Shown in pieces: positions 1-7,760 of a stretch of 32,000 nucleotides of DNA. The notes below the pieces were generated by a model. It was not told the origin of the DNA, did no database searches, and was given only the letters and a program-made list of their open reading frames with translations. Origin of the DNA: Candidatus Saganbacteria bacterium (lineage in GTDB: Bacteria > Margulisbacteria > WOR-1 > JAKLHX01); assembly GCA_026387835.1 (NCBI GenBank), contig JAPLKZ010000005.1:90001-122000 (forward strand), in the 5' to 3' direction. A program made the translations under genes and the position numbers. Numbering within the stretch: position 1 is the first letter of the stretch; every line of letters begins with the position of its first letter.

Positions 1-117
1 CTCCCATAAATCATACTAATTAAAAATAGCGACAAGCATATAGAGATTATTTGTTTGAAGCAATTCGACTTAAATGTCATTTGCATTCTTCCGCGATAAG
101 CTGTTTTCTTTACTACG

Positions 118-139
118 GTTCCCTGTAGGGAACTATAAT
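118..139 (+). promoter_or_regulatory. Perfect 6-bp inverted repeat GTTCCC-TGTA-GGGAAC (118-133) abutting a consensus -10 TATAAT (134-139); candidate operator/promoter of the HTH gene
   Basis: Read directly: gttccctgtagggaactataat, 33 bp upstream of the HTH ATG. The palindrome sits between the -10 and a weak -35-like region. Confidence 0.55.
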
Positions 140-171
140 ATCATGCAAATATAGTACATTCAATAATTACT

Positions 172-393
172 ATGATGTCAAATGAGAGCCTGAAAAAGGC
201 AGTTGGCAGAAGAATAACTTCCCTCCGGAAAGCCAAGAATCTTACCATTGAAAAGCTTGCTTATGAGAACGATCTTGCTAAGGGCAATCTGAGTGAGCTT
301 GAAAAGGGAAAGATTAACCCGCAACTTACGACCCTGTATAGAATTGCAAAGGGATTGGACTTGTCCTTGAAAGAATTGCTGGATATAGATTAA
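172..393 (+). CDS. Small Xre/Cro-C1-type helix-turn-helix regulator (R-M C-protein-like size)
   Basis: 73 aa; VGRRITSLRKAKNLTIEKLAYENDLAKGNLSELEKGKINPQLTTLYRIAKGLDLSLKELL fits the HTH_3 pattern. Start could also be 175. Confidence 0.85.
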   Translation: MMSNESLKKAVGRRITSLRKAKNLTIEKLAYENDLAKGNLSELEKGKINPQLTTLYRIAKGLDLSLKELLDID

Positions 394-405
394 TTATTAC
401 GCCGC

Positions 406-1515
406 TTATAGTGAAATACCGGACTTCGCAAGAAGATCATTGTAAAGTTTTGCCTGTCCAGATGATCCAGGGATATATGCTTCCCGATTAAAATCACCAT
501 CTTTCAAATCGATTTTATTGAAAATATTTTGAAATTCAGTTATTGATATTACCTTGTCTGGTTTTTTAAAGCTAACGTAGATATCTTTTAATAATTTCAT
601 CAATGCAATAAATCCCGTAGATCTGTTAAGAATGGAATTCTCTTGGACTTTAGTCCACGCATCCTCCCATTTGTTTTGAATGGCCATGAAATAATTCCAA
701 ATTATCATTGTTATTATCTCGTCTTTTTCATCAATAAAAAGATTTCTGAATATAAGCTTAATTGTTTCATCCCCAACAATGCTCTTAGGTTTTCCGCCAC
801 GCTTGTATATATCCCTATCATTCATCGGGTTTTTCGTTATATACTTCATAATGTTTTGTGCCATTGTGGCTTGAGTTATTGTCTCTTTTTCTTTGTCTAA
901 TGCAGTACCAAGCAGTTTTATTTTTCCGTAAAATGGACTTCCCTTTTTGAAGTTTAATACCCGAGTAATATTATGTGCTGTCTTCTGAGGGCTTCTTGAT
1001 TTTGCATATTCAAACAGATCTATTACGAGTGATTGATTAACTTTAGTTTGAGTTTTATTAATAGTTGCGAATAGTATCGCCTGATCTTCTATTTCCATGT
1101 CGATAAAGATTGTAACGTTAAGCTGGAACTTCTCCGCTGCCATGCTATTGTCTTCAAAACCGGCAATTCTATGCTGCCCGTCTAATATTTTTGCAATATC
1201 TGGCCTTTTAATTATGGTTAATTTCTTATTATCAGGATCATAGGACACATTATCAGAGTCTATCGAAAGAATTATGCTTGTTGGAAAAGAAGCATCGACC
1301 AGATTAATGTACTGTTTTAAATCGTCAACTCTCTTTGGGGAGAGAGGCCTCTGTATTCCAATATATTTTTCTATGTCTCTCTCTTCGATTCTTCTTATGT
1401 CGCTAAACGTGATTGATAGCAGATCTTTAAAGTTTATTCTGCCGATGTAAAATTTGCCTATAGGTTGATTTACTTCTATAGAATCGATTGTTATTTTATC
1501 TGCTTTATCTGCCAT
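406..1515 (-). CDS. DGQHR-domain protein (DndB/ParB-like fold family)
   Basis: 369 aa containing LDGQHRIAGFE and FATINKTQTKVNQSL, typical of the DGQHR family. ATG overlaps the upstream stop (TAATG). Confidence 0.85.
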   Translation of the reverse strand: MADKADKITIDSIEVNQPIGKFYIGRINFKDLLSITFSDIRRIEERDIEKYIGIQRPLSPKRVDDLKQYINLVDASFPTSIILSIDSDNVSYDPDNKKLTIIKRPDIAKILDGQHRIAGFEDNSMAAEKFQLNVTIFIDMEIEDQAILFATINKTQTKVNQSLVIDLFEYAKSRSPQKTAHNITRVLNFKKGSPFYGKIKLLGTALDKEKETITQATMAQNIMKYITKNPMNDRDIYKRGGKPKSIVGDETIKLIFRNLFIDEKDEIITMIIWNYFMAIQNKWEDAWTKVQENSILNRSTGFIALMKLLKDIYVSFKKPDKVISITEFQNIFNKIDLKDGDFNREAYIPGSSGQAKLYNDLLAKSGISL

Positions 1516-2135
1516 TATTTGCCCTCTGGATTTTCTGGTCCTGTTGTGTCCTTTCCAGATTCTGATTCTGGAGTTGTAGCAGCATCTTCTTCTTTAAGTT
1601 TCACCATAAGATCATCTATTTCATTGTCGCTTTCTTGTTTCAGATCGACATCGGGAAGATCTTCTTTTGATTCAAACTGGACTGAAAGGGCTCGATAAGA
1701 ACAATAAATAGAGAAACAGATTAATAATACTGAGACCCACCTTACTAAGTTTAGGTCGATGTTAATCGCAGTATTTAAAACGGGGATTATTTGTCCGGAT
1801 AAAAATATCCCACCATACATAACTGAGGAAAAAATAATAAACCATATTAAAGATATGCTTATATAATAATCGACCATCATATTCTTTTTAAGAATCCATT
1901 CTTTATTCTCATTTTCATTAAATAAAAACAATGAGGAGGATAGCAGAGCAGCACTATACAGGAAGAGATCTCCTTTATCAATAAATATATGAACTTCTTT
2001 TGGTTTTGAAATAACGCTCAATAATATCAACCCTATGATCGACGGCAAAACAGTTCCTATAACGTTATGCATCAACCCGGTAATAACTCTCCTCGTTTTT
2101 ACGATTTGCCTTTCTTTCATTTGGTTAGATCGCAT
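1515..2135 (-). CDS. Multi-pass membrane protein of unknown function with acidic cytoplasmic-like tail
   Basis: 206 aa with about four hydrophobic segments and a C-terminal tail rich in D/E/S/T. Coupled to both neighbours by TAATG overlaps. Confidence 0.75.
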   Translation of the reverse strand: MRSNQMKERQIVKTRRVITGLMHNVIGTVLPSIIGLILLSVISKPKEVHIFIDKGDLFLYSAALLSSSLFLFNENENKEWILKKNMMVDYYISISLIWFIIFSSVMYGGIFLSGQIIPVLNTAINIDLNLVRWVSVLLICFSIYCSYRALSVQFESKEDLPDVDLKQESDNEIDDLMVKLKEEDAATTPESESGKDTTGPENPEGK

Positions 2136-2953
2136 TAATAGTTCCTTATGATTAATTCGTCAATCTTTTTTCGATACTCTGGTTTTCCAGAAAGAATACT
2201 ACTCCTTGTTGCCACTTCGAGATTCCCAAAATCATTATACATCTTTGCAATTTCAAAATGATTGGCGTTTAACAGTAATATTTTAGCCCCTCTTTTCCTT
2301 GCTCTAAACAAAGATCCTTTTAGGCGTAATTGATCAGCCCATGAAAATATTCTTTCGTTGTATTTCAGAAAACCGTTATTATTATGACAAACTGTATATG
2401 GAGGGTCGACAAATATAAAATCATCTTTGCCTGCCCGATCAATAACAGCTTCAAAGTCCTCGTTATTTAAGGTAGCTCTGGATAGCAAATCTGCAATGTC
2501 TGCAAAATTATCAGATTCCATTATTACATTGGTTTTTGTTCCAATAGGGACGTTGAATTCTCCGTTTTTATTAACTCTGTACAGTCCATTCCAGCATGTG
2601 CGATTCAGATATATCAATCGTGCTGCAGTTTTATAAATATCTAAGGAGATCTGTTGTCTAACATGATAATAGTATTTCTTAGAGTGATTACTGTTATGAT
2701 CTTCTAATATCTTTTTAACCTTTTTGTGATCATTTTTGATCGCTTGATATGTTGTAATCAGTTCGGAATTTAGATCAGATAGTAAAGCTTTTTGTGGCTG
2801 GATCTTAAAAAAAACTGCACCACTTCCTAGAAATGGCTCGATGTATCTTTCAAAATCAATTTTTAGCAGATCAGGGAAGTTTGCGACAAACCATCTTTTT
2901 CCGCCGGCCCATTTCAGAAAAGGTTTTACTTCCTCGTTTTTGTGATTATTCAT
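2135..2953 (-). CDS. D12-class (Dam-family) DNA adenine-N6 methyltransferase
   Basis: FLKWAGGKRW (motif I), IEPFLGSGAVFF, LSDLNSELI, FIFVDPPY (DPPY catalytic motif). Confidence 0.93.
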   Translation of the reverse strand: MNNHKNEEVKPFLKWAGGKRWFVANFPDLLKIDFERYIEPFLGSGAVFFKIQPQKALLSDLNSELITTYQAIKNDHKKVKKILEDHNSNHSKKYYYHVRQQISLDIYKTAARLIYLNRTCWNGLYRVNKNGEFNVPIGTKTNVIMESDNFADIADLLSRATLNNEDFEAVIDRAGKDDFIFVDPPYTVCHNNNGFLKYNERIFSWADQLRLKGSLFRARKRGAKILLLNANHFEIAKMYNDFGNLEVATRSSILSGKPEYRKKIDELIIRNY

Positions 2954-3279
2954 GATTTTGCGAAGTGCATTTTAATATTATGAAACTAATTAACAAATAA
3001 ATCAATATCAATGACTGAAAGAATATAGACAACTTTGTTGGCGGTAGATAAATAATCGCATAAGAGTTATTGTTCACAGATGAGCTCCTTGAAGTTGTAA
3101 TCGCATAGGTTATAATTAATGGGATTAAGAAGTAACCAGTTGCGAAGTTCGTCTATCAGGGGGAGTTTCTTTTTTGTTGCGAACTAACTTTTGAGGTGGG
3201 CAGCCTAGAGGCGATGCAATCGCGTAAACTGTTCAAGTCGCACTGGCGCGCTTAATTTTATTTCCTTTACATATTAGCA

Positions 3280-3308
3280 TTGACAAATCGACAACCTTAA
3301 AGTATGTT
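3280..3308 (+). promoter_or_regulatory. Sigma70-like promoter TTGACA-N17-TATGTT
   Basis: TTGACA 3280-3285, 17-nt spacer, TATGTT 3303-3308, upstream of the CDS at 3344. Confidence 0.5.
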
Positions 3309-3343
3309 AAATTATCCGGTGTCAAACTGATAAAGGGAATATC

Positions 3344-5044
3344 ATGGAACTCAATATAAAAAAATCTATCCTTCCCGTTCTTTGTTTATCGATATTTATA
3401 TTAGCGGGATGCGGTTTATTAAATCAGCAAAGCCAAAACACTGTTTACACTACCGTTCAAAGGACTGTTGTTCCGGACGCCACTCCTTCGACCCCGATTA
3501 ATTTAACTGATTTTTCTTCATACGATGCTTATGGCTATGGCAAATGGTCGTTTGGACCGGGGCTGCCTTACGATCAGCGGCTCGATCTCATGCCCGCAAC
3601 TTTTGACGCTGCCGCCCTTAACAAAAAGACCGAACTTCTGTCATTTTTTACCATTTCCGATGTCCACATTGCCGACAAGGAAGCTCCAAACCAGTTGATC
3701 TATTGGAGCCAGCTGCATAAAACTAACTCGCTGGCGATAGCGCTTTGCTCGGGAAGTTTAATGTATTCAACACAATTTTTAGACACGGCTGTCCAAACGA
3801 TCAATGACTTACACAGACAAGATCCGTTTAATTTCGGCCTTTGTTTAGGAGACGCGGTCAACAGTTCTTCCTACATTGAAACCAGATGGTTTATTGACAT
3901 ACTTGACGGTAACCTCATCAGTCCAAGCTCCGGAGCGCATTTGGGATCTGATACGGTTGATTACCAGGAAAATTTCCAGGCAACCGGGCTCTGCAAAGAT
4001 ATTCCCTGGTATCAGGTAGTAGGCAACCACGATCACTTCTGGGGGGGCTCATTGCCTAATGCACCTGATTACCAAACCTCTTACACTGCCGGCGAGGTCC
4101 TTAAAACGAAAGATTTTCTCAATCCTTCAGACAGTACTTACTATTATTGGGGGGTATTTGACGGGATGGATCCTGTCGGTCGCATAATCGATGCCGGACC
4201 GGCCTCTTCCTTTAGTACTCCGCCTACGGTTGAAGCGGATCCAAATCGCCGTTCCCTGTCGTTAACTGATTGGATGCACGAATTTTCTAGTACAACGTCT
4301 TCCCCGGCCGGCCACGGGTTTAACTTGGCCGGTTCTGCTCCCGGCTGCTATAGTTTCGTGCCGAAACCGGGCCTTCCGCTCAAAGTGATCGTGCTGGACG
4401 ATACAGACCCGGATGACAGCGACTATACATATCTTCATGTACATGGTTATCTGGATCATGCGCGCTGGATTTGGCTTAAACAGCAGCTGGCTGACGGAGA
4501 TAGCGCCGGCCAGCTGATGATCATTGCAGCGCATGTTCCGATCGGCGTTGAACCGGCGTCTTCCTCAACGGGTTGGTCGGCAAGATCCGATGTGACCCTG
4601 GAAGATCTGGTCGCAGAATTGCAAAGCCATCCCAATTTGATAATGTGGCTGGCAGGTCATCGCCATTTAAACACCGTGAAAGCTTTTATTTCTCCCGATC
4701 CAAATCATCCGGAATACGGTTTTTGGGAAGTAGAAACCACGTCGCTCAAGGATTTTCCACAACAGCTGCGCACTTTTAAGATCGATCTAAATCAGGATAA
4801 TTCGATCTCGATTTTTGCGACCGATGTTGATCCGGCGGTCCAGGACGGATCGCTTGCCGCGAAATCACGTAAATATATGATCGGCGCGGTGCAAATATAC
4901 GGGTCGGACCTGTGGAGCAGAATTACGCAAAGCACTAATCCAACAAGTGATCCCACTATAAAAGAAATGCCGAATGGGTCATACAACGCCGAACTCGTGA
5001 AACAATTAACCCCGCCGATGGAAGCCATATTGCGGCGTCCGTGA
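3344..5044 (+). CDS. Lipoprotein calcineurin-like metallophosphoesterase
   Basis: Signal plus lipobox LFILAGCG-like (SIFILAGC). Motifs ISDVHI, GDAVN, GNHDHFW, AAHVPI, GHRH. SD-like aaaggga upstream. Confidence 0.85.
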   Translation: MELNIKKSILPVLCLSIFILAGCGLLNQQSQNTVYTTVQRTVVPDATPSTPINLTDFSSYDAYGYGKWSFGPGLPYDQRLDLMPATFDAAALNKKTELLSFFTISDVHIADKEAPNQLIYWSQLHKTNSLAIALCSGSLMYSTQFLDTAVQTINDLHRQDPFNFGLCLGDAVNSSSYIETRWFIDILDGNLISPSSGAHLGSDTVDYQENFQATGLCKDIPWYQVVGNHDHFWGGSLPNAPDYQTSYTAGEVLKTKDFLNPSDSTYYYWGVFDGMDPVGRIIDAGPASSFSTPPTVEADPNRRSLSLTDWMHEFSSTTSSPAGHGFNLAGSAPGCYSFVPKPGLPLKVIVLDDTDPDDSDYTYLHVHGYLDHARWIWLKQQLADGDSAGQLMIIAAHVPIGVEPASSSTGWSARSDVTLEDLVAELQSHPNLIMWLAGHRHLNTVKAFISPDPNHPEYGFWEVETTSLKDFPQQLRTFKIDLNQDNSISIFATDVDPAVQDGSLAAKSRKYMIGAVQIYGSDLWSRITQSTNPTSDPTIKEMPNGSYNAELVKQLTPPMEAILRRP

Positions 5045-5053
5045 ATTGTGCTT

Positions 5054-5085
5054 GTCATGAGCGAGCGAAGCGAGTCGAATGATTA
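5054..5085. repeat. GAGCGAGCGAAGCGAGTCGAATGAT-type short interspersed repeat-like sequence
   Basis: gtcatgagcgagcgaagcgagtcgaatgatta just after the 3344-5044 stop. Resembles the widely seen 'GTCAT(CC)TGAGCGAAGCGAGTCGAAGGAT' intergenic elements. Only one copy noticed in this window. Confidence 0.35.
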
Positions 5086-5163
5086 GGTATGCATAAAGAT
5101 AAAATAGGAAAATATTGAGCCGAACGAGCTTAATCCTTTTCAAATCGAAATCAGGACATCAAA

Positions 5164-5844
5164 ATGCGGATGGATAAAATTATCAGATTCACTTTCATTG
5201 TGCTTTTTCTTCTGACGGCACTGGTCATGTCAGTTTTGGCAGAAGCAAATATCTCAAGGGACGCCGCATTAAAACTGCTAAAAGACGGGAACCGCAGGTT
5301 CGCGGACATGAAATTGCTCCATCCCAATTTGAACAGTGAACGGCTGAAAGAAACCGCGGCCAACGGACAAAAACCGTTTGCGGTCGTACTGGCATGCTCG
5401 GATTCCAGGGTCCCGGTAGAATCTCTTTTTGACCGTGGCATCGGTGATATCTTTGTCGTGCGCGTTGCCGGCAATATCGCAAGCGACAGCAGTGTTATCG
5501 GCTCCGTAGAATACGGACTGGAGCACCTTCATGTCCCGCTGCTTGTCATTCTCGGTCATTCGGATTGCGGAGCTGTAAAAGCGGCTGTATCCGATGCAAA
5601 AGTTTCCGGTCATGTCGTTGAGATCAAAAATATCATTTCTTCCGTTGTCGGCCGGGTCAGGAAAAAGCAGCCCTCTATCGAGGGAGAAGACCTGTTAAAT
5701 GCTGTGATCAAAGCGAACGTTCTTGAAACCAAACAGAATCTTCTGGCAAAGAGCAGCGAGATCAGCTCTTTATTTGGAAAGAAAGAAATCAAGATAGTAA
5801 CGGCGATCTATGATATCAGGTCCGGAAAGGTGAAGTGGTTTTGA
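5164..5844 (+). CDS. Beta-class carbonic anhydrase with N-terminal signal peptide
   Basis: CSDSRVPVE, HSDCGAVKA zinc-binding motifs; hydrophobic N-terminus FIVLFLLTALVMSVLAEA. Confidence 0.92.
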   Translation: MRMDKIIRFTFIVLFLLTALVMSVLAEANISRDAALKLLKDGNRRFADMKLLHPNLNSERLKETAANGQKPFAVVLACSDSRVPVESLFDRGIGDIFVVRVAGNIASDSSVIGSVEYGLEHLHVPLLVILGHSDCGAVKAAVSDAKVSGHVVEIKNIISSVVGRVRKKQPSIEGEDLLNAVIKANVLETKQNLLAKSSEISSLFGKKEIKIVTAIYDIRSGKVKWF

Positions 5845-5853
5845 GCTGCTATC

Positions 5854-5888
5854 ACTGATCTCTACAGGGCAGGGATCAGTCTTTTCAT
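5854..5888 (+). terminator. Possible rho-independent terminator after the carbonic anhydrase gene
   Basis: ACTGATC (5854-5860) / GATCAGT (5874-5880) inverted repeat followed by CTTTTCATCTTT. Confidence 0.4.
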
Positions 5889-5924
5889 CTTTATATCTCC
5901 TATTCATTAATTTATACGCAAAAG

Positions 5925-5953
5925 TCGACTTCTGTCAAGAAAAATATTATAAT
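5925..5953 (+). promoter_or_regulatory. Promoter TCGACT-N17-TATAAT immediately upstream of the aldolase ATG
   Basis: TATAAT at 5948-5953 with 17-nt spacer from TCGACT (5925-5930). ATG at 5962 is only 8 nt past the -10. Confidence 0.5.
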
Positions 5954-5961
5954 GTATATAT

Positions 5962-6918
5962 ATGTATAGACCTGAGATCAAAGTCCTTGACTGCACTATC
6001 CGCGACGGGGGGCTTATCAACGAGCATCTTTTTGAAGATAAGTTCGTAAAAGCCGTTTACCGCGCGTCTTCTGCCGCAGGGGTGGATTATGTCGAGCTTG
6101 GCTACAGGCTTTCTAAAAAACAATATTCACCGGATAAGTTCGGCCGAAGCAAGTTCTGCGACGAGGATTTTCTTAAGGAGATGATCGATGGCGTAAAGAA
6201 TGGGGCAAAGATCGCGACCATGGTAGATATCGGCCGTGTGGAGCTGGACCAGATACCTCACAAAAAAGATAGTGTTGTAAATCTAATGCGCGTTGCCTGT
6301 TATGTGAAAGACGTGGACAAGGCCATCGATTACGTAAAACACCTGACGGAAAAGGGTTATGACACGACGGTCAATATAATGGCCATCTCGACCGCACTGC
6401 AACCTGACCTTGAAGAAGCGCTGGCACAGCTGTCTGAATGTCCGGTCAAGGCGGTCTATGTGGTCGACAGCTACGGGGCGCTTTTCTCGGAACAGATACA
6501 TTTTCTGGTAAACCTTTACAAGAAATATCTCCACCCGAAAAAGATAGAAGTGGGCATACATACTCACAATAACAGACAGCTTGCTTTTGCCAATACTATA
6601 GAAGCTATCCGTTTGGGAGCTAACTATCTGGACGCGTCGATATATGGTATCGGTCGCGGGCCGGGCAACTGTACGCTGGAGCTTTTACTGGCGTTCCTCA
6701 AGAACCCCAAGTTCAAACTTGATCCGATACTGGAGGTCATTGAGAAAGAATTCCTTCCATTAAAGGAAAAGATGGAATGGGGATATATCATACCTTATAT
6801 GATCACGGGGATACTCAACATGCACCCCCGCTCGGCGATCGCCCTGCGCTCGGGTAAGGACAAAGACAAATATTTAGAATTCTACCGCAGCCTGACAGCC
6901 GATATCGAACTGGTCTGA
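5962..6918 (+). CDS. HMGL-like / DRE-TIM metallolyase family aldolase-type protein
   Basis: KVLDCTIRDGGLIN (R-D metal/substrate motif), VDYVELGY, GIHTHNNRQLAFANTIEAIRLGANYLDASIYGIGRGPGN. Confidence 0.87.
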   Translation: MYRPEIKVLDCTIRDGGLINEHLFEDKFVKAVYRASSAAGVDYVELGYRLSKKQYSPDKFGRSKFCDEDFLKEMIDGVKNGAKIATMVDIGRVELDQIPHKKDSVVNLMRVACYVKDVDKAIDYVKHLTEKGYDTTVNIMAISTALQPDLEEALAQLSECPVKAVYVVDSYGALFSEQIHFLVNLYKKYLHPKKIEVGIHTHNNRQLAFANTIEAIRLGANYLDASIYGIGRGPGNCTLELLLAFLKNPKFKLDPILEVIEKEFLPLKEKMEWGYIIPYMITGILNMHPRSAIALRSGKDKDKYLEFYRSLTADIELV

Positions 6919-7013
6919 AGGCCGGTTCTTCCTTGTTCCCCGTCATTTTGGAATAGAACACCTGAAATTCACTGAATATTTAAACGATATACCAGCAGGA
7001 AAGCAATGTATTT

Positions 7014-7760
7014 ATGATAGAGAGATTATTCTTTAAATTAATAAGGCCGCGTCTGCCTGAGAGCGTAGCAGGTTACAGGAGTATGGAAAAGCCCTGGGAC
7101 AGGGCAGCGGAGGAAAGAGGGGTTTTAGGCAGGATAATGATCGATCAGAGGCGGCTGACTGTTCAGGCTCTCGGCAAAAGACCGCCGGGTATAATCGTGG
7201 ACCTTGGGTGCGGGACCGGCGCTATTATAAACGACATGAAAAGTCTTCCGGGTGTCAAAGGTGTGATCGCGTTGGACATCAACAAACAGGCGTTAGTTCT
7301 TGCCATGCAAAGGGCCCACGTTCCCGGGCACGACCTCAGGCCGTTGTATCTGAATCTGGATATGTGGCGGATTAAATTCCCGGTGAACAGGTTTGACACG
7401 GCTGTTTGTCTGGATGTGCTCAGCGAAATGCCGGAAGTGCCGGCAGCGCTCAGCATCATTCACAATTTGGTGAAACCCGGTGGCACGGTCGTGGGTAATT
7501 TTGTGGCCAGGGAAAAAGCGAATCAACTGTTCATCCGGAAATACGGGACTTTCAAGTTCCTTCAGCTCAAGACCATGTTCATGCTGGGGATGCTGTGTTC
7601 GCCCAGCAAAAAGATGTTCGAATATTTCGGAGCGAAGGGTCATGTGCGGCTGATGCCTTATAGCAGAAGCGAGGTTGAAACGTTTTTAAGCCGGTATTTT
7701 TGCAATATCAATATAGTGAGCGGTTATTATCACTGGTTCTGCGCGGAGAACAAGAAATGA
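7014..7760 (+). CDS. Class I SAM-dependent methyltransferase
   Basis: IIVDLGCGTGAII (motif I), VIALDINKQALVLAMQRA, FDTAVCLDVLSEMPEV, LVKPGGTVVGNF. Confidence 0.88.
   Translation: MIERLFFKLIRPRLPESVAGYRSMEKPWDRAAEERGVLGRIMIDQRRLTVQALGKRPPGIIVDLGCGTGAIINDMKSLPGVKGVIALDINKQALVLAMQRAHVPGHDLRPLYLNLDMWRIKFPVNRFDTAVCLDVLSEMPEVPAALSIIHNLVKPGGTVVGNFVAREKANQLFIRKYGTFKFLQLKTMFMLGMLCSPSKKMFEYFGAKGHVRLMPYSRSEVETFLSRYFCNINIVSGYYHWFCAENKK

Noticed and set aside
406-2953. Complete DNA phosphorothioation (Dnd) or classical type II R-M system
   Set aside because: Only a DGQHR protein and a methyltransferase are present. There are no DndA/C/D/E-like proteins and no recognisable restriction endonuclease within the window.
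3100-3343. Possible structured ncRNA or tRNA remnant in the spacer
   Set aside because: Only a 5-bp hairpin (GCGAT-GCA-ATCGC) and short direct repeats. No tRNA, tmRNA or riboswitch signature could be supported.
5054-5085. CRISPR or tandem repeat array suggested by GAGCGAGCGAAGCGAG
   Set aside because: Only one short unit with no regularly spaced copies or spacers. No CRISPR array was recognised anywhere in the window.
7700-7756. Upstream start of the nucleotidyltransferase
   Set aside because: It would overlap the methyltransferase by 61 bp. The ATG at 7757 gives a standard ATGA overlap and the family-typical N-terminus.
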